DNA of 64,000 bases from Mantamonas sphyraenae STR306 (GCA_026936335.1 JAPMXV010000029.1:310001-374000); one strand, 5' to 3'. Positions 33,901 to 46,756 are shown, counted from the first letter of the stretch. A program made the numbers and translations. Notes: generated by a model not told the origin, from the letters alone.

Positions 33901-36900
33901 TCCCACGACGTCGACATTGAACAACTGGTCCACGAAGGACTTGTCCGCTCCCGCTCCTTCCGCTCCATGAGCATGAGCCGAAGTAGCTCTTCCGCAAACC
34001 TTCTTCCGTCGCCAATCACCTCGGCAGGCAACAACACCGGCCGATCCGACGACGGTTCGTCCGCCTCACCTCCTACCGATGGTGTGGACATGGGCGATGG
34101 ATTCCTGGACTTCTCTTCGCCAAGCGCGTCGTCAGCCACGTCCACCAGCGACTCTCTTGCCCGCCGTGTGACCCTGGAAATCGACCAGATCGACGTCACC
34201 GCCCAATTCCGCGACGAGAACCGTGTGCATGTCTGCGTGCAATCTGTGCGAGGCAACACAGCCCCGGCAAAGGAGTTTGCCGTTGGCGAGGTCACCGTGG
34301 CCTTCAACGGCGTCTCCTCTCTCCAACTGCGCCGCAGCACCGTTGCCATCACCGAAGCCTCAGCTTTTGACGACTCTGGTATGCCCATGGCCGGAAGTCC
34401 TTTTGTCATCGCCACCCTTGACTCGCTCGAGTTCACCCTGGCCTGGGGCTTCAACCTCGGCGCAGTCGTCGACGATATCCAGTGGCACGCCAAGACGGCC
34501 ACGCTGCTCACCAAACAGCTCAAGAAACAGGCTGCCGCCTCTCACAACGACCAGGGCAAGGCACAGGACAGTCCGTTCCCGGCCTTCCACCTGCGCATCC
34601 ACGACTTTGTCCTGGAGTTTGCCGACGATCCATTCCAGATCAGCCTTTCGATGAGCCATACCCTGGGACAAGACGAACAATTGGCCCTGGAGGTGTTGGA
34701 AGAGACCTTGGAAGAGAAGCTGGAGCAGATGGCGTCTGCGGGCAACGTCGTGTCTGCTGAACACAAGCAAACCTTGCGCATGCGCATGATTGCCAAGCAT
34801 GCAGAGCGCTACAAGAACCGCATCAACTATCTCAAGCAGCAGTTTGAGTCACGTGAGAAAAAGTGGACCCTCATGCGAGCGTCTGTGCAATCGATCGACC
34901 TCGTCGTGCGCCACGATCCGCAGCTCGTCGAGCGCGTGGACGTCGAAACCACCCTGATGGCCTACGACAGTGCAAGCGCAGAGTGCCACCACATGTTGGA
35001 CCACGAGTTTGCAGAGATTTGGGGCCGCAAGATCAAGCTCGACCTGCAGGGTGTCGAGGTCGGAATGCGTGACTTTACCAAACCCCTCTTGCGCAGTGAA
35101 CGCCTGTCCATTGACGGCACCCTCATTGCCGCGCAGGTGCAACCCACAGCAGACACGGCCTTCCTCACCCAGGAGTTCACCGTCGGCCAGGATAGACTCA
35201 ACGTGCGCCGCTCTGTCTCCCCGATGAAGTTCTACTACGACCTCAACATGGACGCCAAGGACCTCAAACTGGCACATGGCCTGTGCTACGCCCCCGTGCT
35301 GGCTGAAGTGTCCCTGGCTGCGTCGCGCCTCTCTCCATCTTCCCCCGACCCAAGCGCACCGCTTGCCTTTTGGGACAAGCTGCGCTTCATGTTCCACGGC
35401 ATGCTCCAGGCACACATCCGTGGATTTGAGCTGTGTCTCATCACGTCCACCAACCCGTACGACCTGTCTCGCCAGCTCGTGGTGGAAACGAGCAAGGTCG
35501 GCCTAGACATCAGCCACAGCCACAAGCTGGCCCAGGAACGCAGCAAGGACCATTCCATCCTGTTGCAGATGGATGGCACCAAGGTCGAGCTGCTTGAGAG
35601 CATCGGCAGCACCGTCAACGTGACGGAAATCCTCCTGCTGCCCAAGTTTTCCGTCAAGCTCATCTTTGATTGGCTGAACGATAATGTGCGCGCGGAGGCC
35701 CCCGAGTGGACACGCTGCCACTACGTTACTGCACAGACTCAAGAAGCCATGTTCCGTCCCGGGTTCAAGGATACGTTCCTTCCGTTCCGCTCCACCGGCC
35801 TGGACGTCGATTTGCAGTTGGAAACACACAGCAACCTGGCCAGCAGCGTGGATCTGCAACTCAATGCCCAAAGTGCAGCGTTTGTCAAGTATGTGGGCGA
35901 CCTGTACAGTCAACCGTCGCTGCACATCCGCAAGAGCACGGAGCTTGGCCTGCGCCCTCCGCAGCCTCCGCAAACTGTGATCACGGCACACATGCGCACC
36001 CTCCAAGCCAGCCTGTTTTTGCAAAAGACCGAAGTGGACATTGAGCGCGAGGAAGGCTTTGGCCTGCTCTTTAGCTCTCAGCTGCTCGAGTTCAACGGCA
36101 CCCTGCTCATGGCTCCGCGGGAGATGCGACCGCTGCCGTCGCACATCCCTGACTTCCGCAAGCGCGCCAAGGGATGGAAGGTGAGCACGGGAAAGCTGTT
36201 CTTGGCTGCGCCCGAAATGCGCTTCGTCACAGAAGAGGGGGCACTCAAGTTTGAACAGCTGGCCATGTTGCGCGAGGCAAACGCAGACGGCGGGTCAGAC
36301 ACCATGAACGCCATGGATCTCAGTGTGGCGTCTCTCAACCACAGCATGCGCTCCGTGCAGGAGGAGTACGAGGGCGACTTTTTCTTTGCCGCCAACACCG
36401 TGTCGTACACCATGGTGACGACACCGAAACCGGCTGCAGGCAATGCTGAGGAGGATGCGTCGTCCTCCTCGTCTCGTCCTCGTCCTCGTCCTCACAGCCG
36501 CAGGTGCCCGACGACGAGACAACCTACGAAAACCAGGTGGTTGTGTCGGATGTCAAGATGCTGTGGACGCTGGAGCTGCGCAAGACGGTGAGCGTGTGGG
36601 TGGATGTCCTGAGCAGCATCAGCGCACCCGAGGGGCTTGATTTGGACGACGACGCAAAGGGACGAGGGGCACCACGTGAAAAGGCCAAACGCAAGCGGGC
36701 AGCGACGTCGGCGCATCTGATCAAGATGCTGCACTCGTTTGCCAACGACACGGATGTGGAAACCGGATCTCCGTCGCAGAGCGACATGCTGGACGACCCG
36801 TGGGTCAGGCGAAGGCAGGAGATCACCGACGTGGCAGGCATGCGACGCATCATGCACGTCAATTTTGTGCGTCCGCAGATCAACCTGCTGGATACGGCAA

Positions 36901-39272
36901 ACGGGTCTGTGTTGCTGACAAGCGAAAACTCGACGCTGGCCATCTGCGAGGGCACGGACGCACTGGGTCCCGGGGCTCACAAAATGCGCGTGGTCAATGA
37001 GTGGCACAACATGCAGCTGTACACAGTGCCCGATGTGGTGGAAGGCGAGCCCATTGTCTGGTGCGACGACCAGGTGGACGTGTATGCGGCCAGTGCAGAC
37101 CGTATCGGCAAGCTGCAAAAGGCCATCAGCAAAACCAAGATGTTGCTGGGTTACCAGTACGTCAGTGACATGTCCAGCGGCGACACGAGTCTTAGCATGC
37201 AGGACGACGAGGCCATGGACACAGTGACCCTCATCCTGCCCAACGTGCCCATTGCCATGACCGGCCAGCAGTTTACGGTGTTGAACACGGTCATTTCCAC
37301 GGTGCTTCTGACGCGTTTGGCCAAACACGTCAACTGGCAGGACGAGGTGCAGTCGGTGCAGTACATGAACCAGCTCAATCCCGAAATGGCCGACAACTAC
37401 GTGAGCATCAACGCCGAACTGAAGGAGGTGCGCAACAACATTGCTGCGCTGGAGAGCCACATGCGTCTGCTGCAGCAGAGTGCCGATCCGTCGTCTCGCT
37501 CTATGCTCATGGAGCTGGAGAGCGACCTGCAGGAGCTCAAGGGCGAGTACGCGTCCAAGAAGCGCAGCATGAAGATCCTCATGCAGAACGCAAAGCATGA
37601 ACGGCACCAAACTTCCGCTGGTGGCGATGGCGAAGACGTGCACGACTTTAAAATCGAATACTTCCTGGAGGAGGCATCCTGGATCATGAAGTCACCCACC
37701 GAAGAACACCTGGCCTCGCTGACGCTGGCTCGTTTGGAAGGCACCATGTACTCCAACGACGACAACAGCGGCTCGACGATGGTCAACCTGCAGGAACTGT
37801 GGCTCAAGAGTCTGCGCACAGATCAGCCCTTTGTGGACCTGCTGGCACTGGACGAGCACGTGCCCTCCAAGCTTCGCGACGAGGCAAACAACAAGCACGA
37901 TTGGGTGCATCGACCACCCATGCTGCGTGTGTACAACAAGAAGAACGCGCCCGTGGCCGGCATCCCCAACTACGAGAATCTGCAGATCAACATTGTGTTT
38001 CCGCTGGTCATCCAGCTCACCAAGAAGCAGTTTACAGACATTTCCCGCTACTTCTTCCCCGAGGCGGCAGAGGCCACGGGCGACGTTGACATGGAAGCCA
38101 GCAGGCTGCAAGAAGGCGTGGACGACGCTGTGTCCTCCTCCAGCTCGTCCTCCTCCACATCTGTGTCGCGCGGCTCCTTTGACATGTCTCGTGCGTCTTT
38201 GGATGTGCCTCGTGACGGTGCAGCGGGTGACGAAGACGGGACGGCAGGTGGTGGTGGCGGCGGAGGTAAGCGACCTCGCAGAGGCCACCGTCGCACGCGT
38301 TCATTTCAGCTGGAAATGGATGGCAGCACTGTGGCACCGTCTGTGTCAATGGTTGGTGAGGGTACGCCGGCAGACACGGAGGCTGCAAGCGGTGTGGGTG
38401 CCGGTGAGGCAGCCGCGGCAGTGACAAGGCGCAAGCAATCGTCCAAGAACGCGGATGTGACGGAGATGATGAAGCGAGCGTCGAACAACGTGACGTTCAA
38501 CTCGTTCAGCATTCCGCAGGTGGACATGATTGTGACGTTTCGGGGCGAGGGCACGTTCCAGAAGTTTGATCGCTGGTCTTTGTCGCTGGCCACCATCTCC
38601 TACAACGGCATCACACTGAGCTGGACGGATCTGTACGTCAAACTGTACAAGGATGTGCTGTACACGCTGTTGCCGCAGACGTTCAAGCAGAAACTGCGTG
38701 GCAAGAACAACGACGTGCACAAGGAGGGCAAGTATGGCGGCGCAGCCATCGAATCCGGCAGCAAGTCCAAGAGCATGGGCAGCAAGGTCAAGTCGCTGTT
38801 CCGGTCCAAGAACAGCGACGAGGACGACCAAGGGGTCAGTCCCAACGAGGCGGAGGCCAGGCAGAAGGCCAGGTTGCTCATGGGATCCATGGGCGAGCGC
38901 AGCGTGGAGCGACACTCGCGTGTTCGCAAAGCAAACGCCGCCGCTGCCGCCGCCGCTGCCGCTGCCACGGCAAAGAAGCCTCCGCGCGCTGGACAAACCT
39001 CTGCGCGAACCAGTTTGGACGAAGGAGGAGACACAGGCCGCCGATCCCTCAGCATGGGTTCGGACTCGTTCGGCGACGGAGACGACGAGCACGAGCAACC
39101 CGTGCAGACACAGCTCGACTTTGACGCCATTGCTCTGGGCGCTAGCGAAGACGGCGAGGCTGAACCGGAGGCAGAGTCGGACGACAAGGTTGGCGATACG
39201 GACAGCGAGGATTCTCAAGAGCACGCACACGACAAGACCAAGGGTGCAGGTTTGGAGAGTCTGTTGCTGTGA
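30924..39272 (+). CDS. BLTP2: Bridge-like lipid transfer protein Hobbit/FMP27/KIAA0100 (BLTP2); one gene with an apparent frameshift at ~36473
   Basis: N-terminal TM. Motifs SPMKFYYDL, SPDPSAPLAFWDKLRFMFHG, TNPYD, PVAGIPNYENLQI..FPL.IQLT....FFP, EMMKRASNNVTF and YNGITLSWTDL. Intron 31452-31629. The two long ORFs overlap across a (TCGTCC)n tract with one unit missing a base. Confidence 0.88.
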
Positions 39273-39318
39273 GTGAGTTTGTGATGATACTGAATGCAAC
39301 GTGACGTTCACTGTTCTT

Positions 39319-42300
39319 TCACCTCGTCCAGCGCGTACGCATGGCTTCCATCTCGAGTGCAAGCTGTCGCGCACTGCCGTTACCCATGGCGTTGAGCTGA
39401 TCGAGGAGCAAGCCGAGAACCTGTGCAAGCTGGCCACGCGTGAGCTGTCGGAACTTGACCAGCTCGGCCTTTTGTGCGTGCCCACTGTGCACATAGTCCT
39501 CGTAGAGGATGAGCAGTGCATGCATCACTTGAATCAGGTGAAGCAGGCAGGCCTCACGATCGTCTGCAAATTCGGTGCCCGCGAGGAACGTGTCGATCTC
39601 GTCGATGAGCTTCTGATACTCGTCGACCAGGACGAGGAAGGGCACACCCACGGCACGCATGACCTGGATGACCCAGTCGACAGGCCAAGAACGGAGGCCA
39701 CGCGCCGCGCTGGCAAACTTGAGCTCTTCCAGGCTGCGGCAAATGCTGTACACGGGGAAGAGATCATCCAGGGGAAAGTAGGCCTTGCCCAGTTGGATGA
39801 GCTTGTGACCAAACGACTCTTGGTTGAGACGCAGGCCCCAGCTCTGAATGATGCGCTCCCAAATCTTCTGGCCCAGCTTGGGCGTGCTTGCGTTCATGCT
39901 GCCCACATACATGATGGACAGGGCAATCTCCCAAGCCTCGAGGGCAATGGCGTCGCTGAAGAGATCGTTGACGCTGACCTGCGCAAAGTTGCGCTCAAGC
40001 GACCTTGCCATCTCCTCCAAATCGTCGCGGGTCAACGTTGCCTCGCCTTCCTCATCTTCCGTCACCATGACGCTCGACATGCGTCGCTGGATCTCGCCAC
40101 GCAGCGTACGCGTGATTTTGGCCAGCTCCAGAAACTCCTGCAGCTCCTTGAGGTGCTGCTCGCCACCGCGCACGTTGCGTGCGCTGGCAGTGGCGCGGGA
40201 CAGGTACTCCACGCGCTCCTCAAGGGTGAGACTGCACCTGTCGTCCGTCTTCATGGCCATGTGCTCGTACAGCTGCGCAGCCTGCTGGTGGTTGCTCTGA
40301 CGCACGTAGAGGTTGGCGAGCAGCAGGGTGGCAGACAGCTCGTGATAGCCCTCTGCATCCTCGGCCTCGCTCTGCGCCAGCAGGTACTTCTCCAAAAACG
40401 ACGACTTGATCTCCAGCAGCTCGTCGGCGTGGCCCGAGGTGATGAGGGCGTGGTACAATGTGCGATGCAACAGCTCGTCCTTGGACAAGACAGCACGTGC
40501 AAGCACAGCCTGGCGTACGCGCCTCTGCTCGTCCACGCTGATGATCTGCATGCCTGCACCCACAGACGCACCTGCGTCATCGCCAGTGTCCAGAAACATG
40601 GCCTGCACAATGCAGTCGTAGCATTCCTTGCGGCTCTCCAGTGCCTTGCGCGACTCGGCCGTGAACTGGTCACTCTCCACAGCCAGCATGGCCAGGTTCC
40701 TGGGATCCAGCTTCTGAGCACGACACAGACAGATGTCCACGAGGGCCTCGTAGAAGCCGAGTTCACGCAGTCGCGAACAAAGCTGCCGGATGCGGATGTG
40801 CTCCGCCACGCTCAGATACTTCTGCAAGGCCTGGTGCATAAGGGCACGCTTGTCTGCTGGTGCAATGCCAGGCACAGCAGCTTGGTTGAGCAAGTCAAAG
40901 GCCTCGAAGCGGATCTTGTCAATCTCGTTGAAAAACGACTGACAGCGTGTGCGCATCAGGCGCGACAGGCGGTCCACGGTGCCCTGGTCCTGCGCATTCT
41001 GCCTAAACAGCGCTGTGATCAGCTGTTTTGCATACTTCATGCCCTCGGGTTTCACCACAAGCTCGGAGAACTTGAGTCGGGCCAGCTGCGCCTGCGCATC
41101 CTCATCAAGGCGCTCCACCAAACTGGGCAGGTCGTTGCTTTCCATAATGGACATGAACGACAATGCCTCAATGGACCGTTCGAGAAGCGTACGCAGGCCG
41201 CTGAGCATTTTTTGCTCTTCATGGATGGCCTGCCGTTGCAGCTGGTCTTCGGTGGCCGTGCTCAGGTCCAATTCGTCCTCCACATTCATTGTAGAGGACG
41301 ACGACGCCGTGCTTGTGTTCAAAAATGAGCTATTGGCCACTTGCGAGCGGTTGAACGAAGCCGAAAATCCACCAGCGCGGTGGTTGCTACCGCTGCTGCT
41401 GCTGCTGCTGCTGCTTGACGATGATGACGACGACGACGACGACGACGACGACGAGCTGCGATCAGAAAGCGCCTTGATGTTGAGGAAGCGGTCCATGATG
41501 TGAAGCAGGCGAAGCAGCGGGGCTTGAACTTCGAGCCACTGGGCGCTGGTGAGCCTGCTCTTCTGGTTTGTTTCGTCCGTGCCCATGGTCAGGTTGACGT
41601 TGAACTGCCACACGAGACGCAACAGGCGAGTAAGATACAGAGTGAGGCCCGTGTAGCCCGAGGAAGCCTGGACACCCGTGTTCTTCTTGAGCACCGTGAC
41701 TTTGCCCTTGGAGAGGCTGCTCTTTGTGTATGTGGGCTTGCCACCGTAGTTGATAAACACAGTGATGGCTGCGTGGACCAGAGAGTCGTCCACAGACTTG
41801 ACAAACAGAGTGTTGCTGTTCAGCGCGTCGTCGTTGAGGGTGGACAGACTGTGCGAGCTTGCAATCTGCAAACACATGGCGCAGACCTGCTCCTTCCCGT
41901 AGTGTTCAACAAACGAGTTCAGCTTCTCAGATGACTCGGCACCGTTGCGGTGCAGCAGGCGTGCGAGCTTGTCCACCGGCCGCAGCTTGACCAGAAAATG
42001 AATGGCGCGATTGGTGAGTGCAAGGAACTGGCGAGGCGGCATGAGATGCATGACCGCCATCTCGTTACGCACATTGAGGGGTGCGAGCACGCTGTTGATG
42101 CTGGAATAGCTGGGCGCCTCCGGGGCTGCTTCAATGGCCGGGGAGGCGACGCGTGCAAAGCGGAACAACGGCAGCGGGTCCTCGACGAGATCCCACACCT
42201 TGCCTCCCAGTTCGACTGTACACAGGGTTTCCTTGCTCTTGGAGCGGCCCACGCTCTGCTCGGGGGAAACCATGATGAGCTGGTCGCCCTCAGCATCCTC

Positions 42301-44311
42301 GTCCTCTGCGCCAATGTCCGTGCTGTTGCGATCGGACTTGACGGCAATGAGAGAGACCCCATGGGAATGCAGTGCTGTGTGCACGCTCTTGGAGACGTTG
42401 GGAGGGTTGCGGCAGGAAAGAGGAAACAGGGCGTCGGGGCGGTCGCTTTCGCTGTGCGCAGAAAAGTACGACGTTTCGCTGGGCGACTGTGTGTTGAAGT
42501 AGATGCGCTTGCCGTCGTTGGTAAGGGCCACGAGGCGACAATTGGTGGGTTCAGCTGCGCCGACGGTGAAGATACCGATGACGGAGAAGGACTCGGTGCT
42601 GTCCACGCTTGTCATGAGGTGCCTGCGCAAATTGTCTGCGGTGCAGTTGTAGCTGGCAACCTTTGTGAGCTCGGTGCCTGTGTCGCCCATGTCGTAGAGG
42701 GTGATGACGGAACGGTCGGAGAGTGTAAACATGAGGTTGCGCGTCTGGTCGATGGCCACGTCTGTGATGCTGTCCTCGGACCAGCTGACGAGGAAGGTGG
42801 GCAAATAAGTTGAAAAGGCGCTCTGAGAGCAGTTGAGCTTGCGGCACTTGCTGGACCTCCAGCTGTCTTGTGCGCTATACTCCAGCTCGTACAGGTTGCC
42901 GTCAGAGCCGCAGAGAAAGATGCGGCCGTTGAAAGTGCCTGCCATCTTGAGGATGTTGATGTTGTCCGTGGCGGTGGACAGGTCGGTGGGGTACAGGATG
43001 AGTTCGCCGTTCTCAAATGCGACGCCAAGAAGACGGATCTCGACGGTGGTTGCGACGACAAGCACAAACTGGATGTGCTCCTTGAACACGCCTGGCTTCG
43101 GGTAACACAGGGCCACCGAGACGATGAGCTGGTCGAGATCGTCGTAGACGACAAAGTCTGTGCCTGTGCTTGTGTAATTCCACAGCAGCAGCTTCTCGTC
43201 CATGGTAATCCACACGCGGTTGATCTCGGGGAAGACGCCCATGAAGCAGCTGTCTTCCACGCCATCATACATGTCCAGGATGGCTTCTGGCAGTTCATGG
43301 ACACGATCTTGTACAAAGCCCTCGAATTTCTGGTGTGGTCGTGGGCGATGCGGGCCTAGGGTGAGCGGGAGGGACGGGTGTGATCAGGGCATGCAAAAAG
43401 TGCGACACGGAACAACTCGGCATGGCCAAAAACACGCGTGTGTCGCGTCGTTCACTCAGAAGACAAAGGTTAGTATGTTGAGTTGATCTACAAGGATCGG
43501 AGAATCCGAATTCAGATCAGGTCTCTCAATGTTGCTCATCACAGCGAAACGACGCGACACCGGCAGGTGGAAAATGGGCGGTGGAAAAAGCGCGCGCAAA
43601 CGAAAAAAGGGCGAAAAAGGGCAAAAAGGGGCGTACCTCGGGCGGATAGTTGGCTGTAAACTCCCACTGGGAAGGCAACATGCCGCGGTCGACCGAGATC
43701 TGACGGTCGAGTTGCGTGTTTGTGGCTGCAAGCGAGGTAAAGAGCTCCTCGTAGGAAACGTGGCGCTCGATGCTCTGAATGCGGCCGAGCGAGTCTCGGT
43801 ACGCCGCATTGTCCATGCCCATGGTTGTAGACAGGTTGGCGTCACTTGAATTGAGCGAGGACAAGGAACGGTTGGGCACGTAGCGACGGCGGGGCGTACG
43901 TGTTGCGGATGCCGAGGAGGAGGAGGAGGAAGAAGAAGAGGAGGAAGAGGACGACGAGGACGACGAGGATCCGCCGCGGACCGCGTTGGGCGACGAGACG
44001 TTTCCAGCAAAGGCCAGACCCGAGCGACGAGGCACAATGGTGCTTGTGGACAGGTTGAGGTTCAGAGAAGTATTGACAGAGTGGTTGCTGCTGTTGGTTG
44101 CAGACTGGTCGTCAAAGTCGTCGCGGCTGCGCTTGTTCAGGCCGTACCTTCCGGCAAAGTAGCGCTTACGCGGCGTCGGTCTGCTTTCGCTACGACTGGC
44201 CGACGACACGCTGCGGCCCTCTGTTGTTTTCCGGCTCGTGTACGGTGTGGATGCAGCGCGAATGCCCGACTTTTCCAACGACGACGACGCGGCCGAGGAT
44301 AGCCGCGTCAT
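39319..44311 (-). CDS. NUP155: Nucleoporin Nup155/Nup170
   Basis: MGVFPEINRVWITMDEKLLLWNY, PKPGVF, GRIFLCGSDGNLYELEY, KCRKLN, DELLHRTLY, LTLEERVEYLSRA. Exon 1 (Ser/Arg-rich, ends YPPE) joins via intron 43636-43330. Start codon uncertain. Confidence 0.92.
41392..41452. repeat. Compound (GCT)n/(GAC)n microsatellite encoding poly-Ser in Nup155
   Basis: Directly visible; (GAC)9 at 41426-41452. Confidence 0.9.
43451..43547 (-). ncRNA. Candidate intronic box C/D snoRNA in the Nup155 intron
   Basis: Minus strand: C box GTGATGA (43542-43536), internal CTGA (43520-43517) and terminal D box CTGA (43459-43456). Closed by a TTCGC/GTGAA stem and a perfect 13-bp inverted repeat (43440-43452 / 43548-43560). 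An AT-richer island in the longest intron identified. Confidence 0.72.
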
Positions 44312-44530
44312 GTCAAGCGAGAAACTGCTATGCATGTGCGTGTGGGGTGGCTCGTTGTCGCCGAATGGACGGCCGGGTGATGGGTGATGTGGGTTTGGAT
44401 GGATGAGCTGGGTCGGTTGGCGCAGCGGCGCAGCAGGCGCATCCAGGTGGACCTCACCTTCATTCTTGGTTGAATTGGATCCATGTTTCATTTGTCAACA
44501 CATGCACTGACCGGTGCCCCCCTCCGAGCC

Positions 44531-45681
44531 TCAGTTGTCGGAGGAATCGGCAGAGGCGTTGCCAGAGACCGACGCCGACGCCGACGCACCTCCCTGCGGT
44601 CCGACAGTGACGTTGACCGTGGCCGAGTGGCGACGGCCGAATCGCATCTTGGGCAATTTCCAATCCGGTTTCCAGCTCTTTTTGGTGGTGGGCAGGCCCG
44701 AGGAGTTGCCGCCGAGCTTCATGGCCACCTCGTGGCCCGTGATGGTGCCGTTCTTCAGACCACAGATAAACCAGAAGAGGACAAGAGGCGAGACCACGAC
44801 AAAGATAGCAAACTGGCTGATGCTCATCATGTTGGCGAAAAGGTAGGCCCAGCTGTTCTGGCCGGCGGACCCGGCGGTGGTGATGTAGTCCAGGGCACAA
44901 ATGCGTGCGTCGGGACACAGCTGGGTGCCCAGACCCAGACCCTTGCATACAATCTGGCAACTGAGACTGGACTTGGGGAAGCAGGACGCACACGCTGGCG
45001 TGAGGGTGTTGTCGCCGACCGCACATTCGCGGCACACGCCAGACATGCACTGGCCTTGGTATTCCACAATACGGGCCGTGCCGTTGTCGTTAAACTCGGC
45101 GTGGCCACAAAACATAAGCGAGTTGACTCCCTTTTGCACGTTGGCGGCCGTCACCAGCGGGTCGCACGTGCGGCCCCACTTTGTTGCGTCACGCGCAGCA
45201 CACACGCCGTACGACGACGACTTGGGGTCAGAAATACAGTAAGCACCTGCAAGGTGGCGTGGATTATTTTCGTAGGGTGTGCCCACACATGTGTGAGCCA
45301 AAGGCGCATCTGGGGTCTCTGAAGGCACCAAACGGGCAAAGCCTCCCAACAACACACACACTTTCGCCCCTCACGTGCACGTACCAACGTCGCACTGGCA
45401 ATCTTTGTTCGGCAGCGTCGGATCACATTGTCTGCACTCCATGATGGTCTGGTTCTTGGTGTTGGGGATGTTCAGACATATGGGAAACGCGGGCTCAGTA
45501 CCTGTTGGCCAACGGGAAGGGGTGTCAGCGAGCCGTTATCGCACACACGCGCCCCTTGTCGTTTGCCCCCCCATCACCTACACAGGTTGGCCTTGCCCAG
45601 AGGTGGTTCCCCGCACTCGATGTACGCGGATACCCCAGCGACTCCGAGCAGGAGCACAAGCATCATCCACCGGACTCCCAT
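44531..45681 (-). CDS. Cys-rich type I membrane protein, paralog A (unrecognised family)
   Basis: Signal peptide MGVRWMMLVLLLGVAGVSA. Introns 45581-45502 and 45384-45247. Ectodomain ECRQCDPTLPNKDCQCDVGAYCISD...MFCG...EYQGQCMSGVCREC...CPDARIC...NSW, then a TM and cytosolic tail. Confidence 0.8.
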
Positions 45682-45725
45682 CGTTTCTTTTGCGGCCGCG
45701 GCCGCGCCAGCAACCCGAACCCGTC

Positions 45726-46701
45726 ATGATGCGCATTTTCCTCCTGGCGCTCGCCCTGGCTATTGTCTCCACGCATGCAGCAACCCGCTGCGATGTCAAC
45801 GGGGTTCCTGAGGCCAACAAGTGGTACGTGTTGTCGTCTGCACGCCACCCGAGCCTGACCATGCCCCGCCAACGTTTGCGCTCACACCGTCCCCGCGTAC
45901 ACACTCGCACACCACTTGCACACATAGCGCTGGCACTCCCTCCACACCATTCTGTGTGTTGACCTCGTCCGTCAACTCGACCACGTACGAGTGCATGCAG
46001 TGCGACCCGCGCGCTGCAAACAAAGACTGCGACTGCGCGGTTAACTTCTTTTGCGCCTCGGATATCAACGCTGTACGTTACCCCCTTCTCACCGTGCTTG
46101 TACACAGCCTGAGAATGCACTCGGGCTGGCCATAGCCGTGTGCATGAGACGTCCCGTGTCCACTGGCGGTGCCTTTCGCGCCGCCGCGTGAGTGCGTGCG
46201 TTGCAAAGTAGCTAACGTCTCTCGCGTGCGCCCCCCCCCTCCCTCCAACCACAGGAGAAGTTTGGCACGTGCGTGGCCAAGAACACCACCAAGTACGGCA
46301 CGTCGTGTGATCAGCGCCTGACGGCCGCCACTCTGAAGCGATCTGTCAATGACCGCATGTACTGTGGCGAAGTCGTTTACGGTGACAACGATCAGGCCCG
46401 CACAGTCGAGTGGTCCGGCGCCTGCATCAAGGGAGTGTGTGCAGCGTGTGCTCCGTCCACCTTTAGCGGCCTCGTCACTGCAAACTGCCCCGACGGCCGC
46501 ATCTGCATCGACGGTGCCGTCCGCTACGCTTCGGCTGGCTTCAACTCGTGGAGCTACTTTGCCCAGAACCCGATTGTGTTTTTCTCCTTTTGGAACACTG
46601 TCATCCTTGTGCCTATTGTATTCTTTGTCTTTGTCAACAAGTGCCGCAAGGGTGAGTTTGGCGGCTTCAACTGCTGTGGCAAGCGAGTTGGCGGAGCATA
46701 A
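45726..46701 (+). CDS. Cys-rich type I membrane protein, paralog B
   Basis: Signal peptide MMRIFLLALALAIVSTHA. Introns 45824-45927 and 46073-46254. ECMQCDPRAANKDCDCAVNFFCASD...MYCG...EWSGACIKGVCAAC...CPDGRIC...NSW, then a TM. Confidence 0.8.
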
Positions 46702-46756
46702 AGTCCTTCACAACACGACGTCGTGTCCTCATCCTTTGACCCCTGGTGTCCATGTC

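Noticed and set aside
39301-43359. 675-aa and other + strand ORFs
   Set aside because: Antisense shadows of Nup155.
43455-43475. TACTAAC followed by pyrimidines and GAG as a branch point and 3' splice site
   Set aside because: Splicing there puts TGA immediately in frame. The acceptor at 43330 keeps the Nup155 frame, and the motif lies inside the snoRNA candidate.
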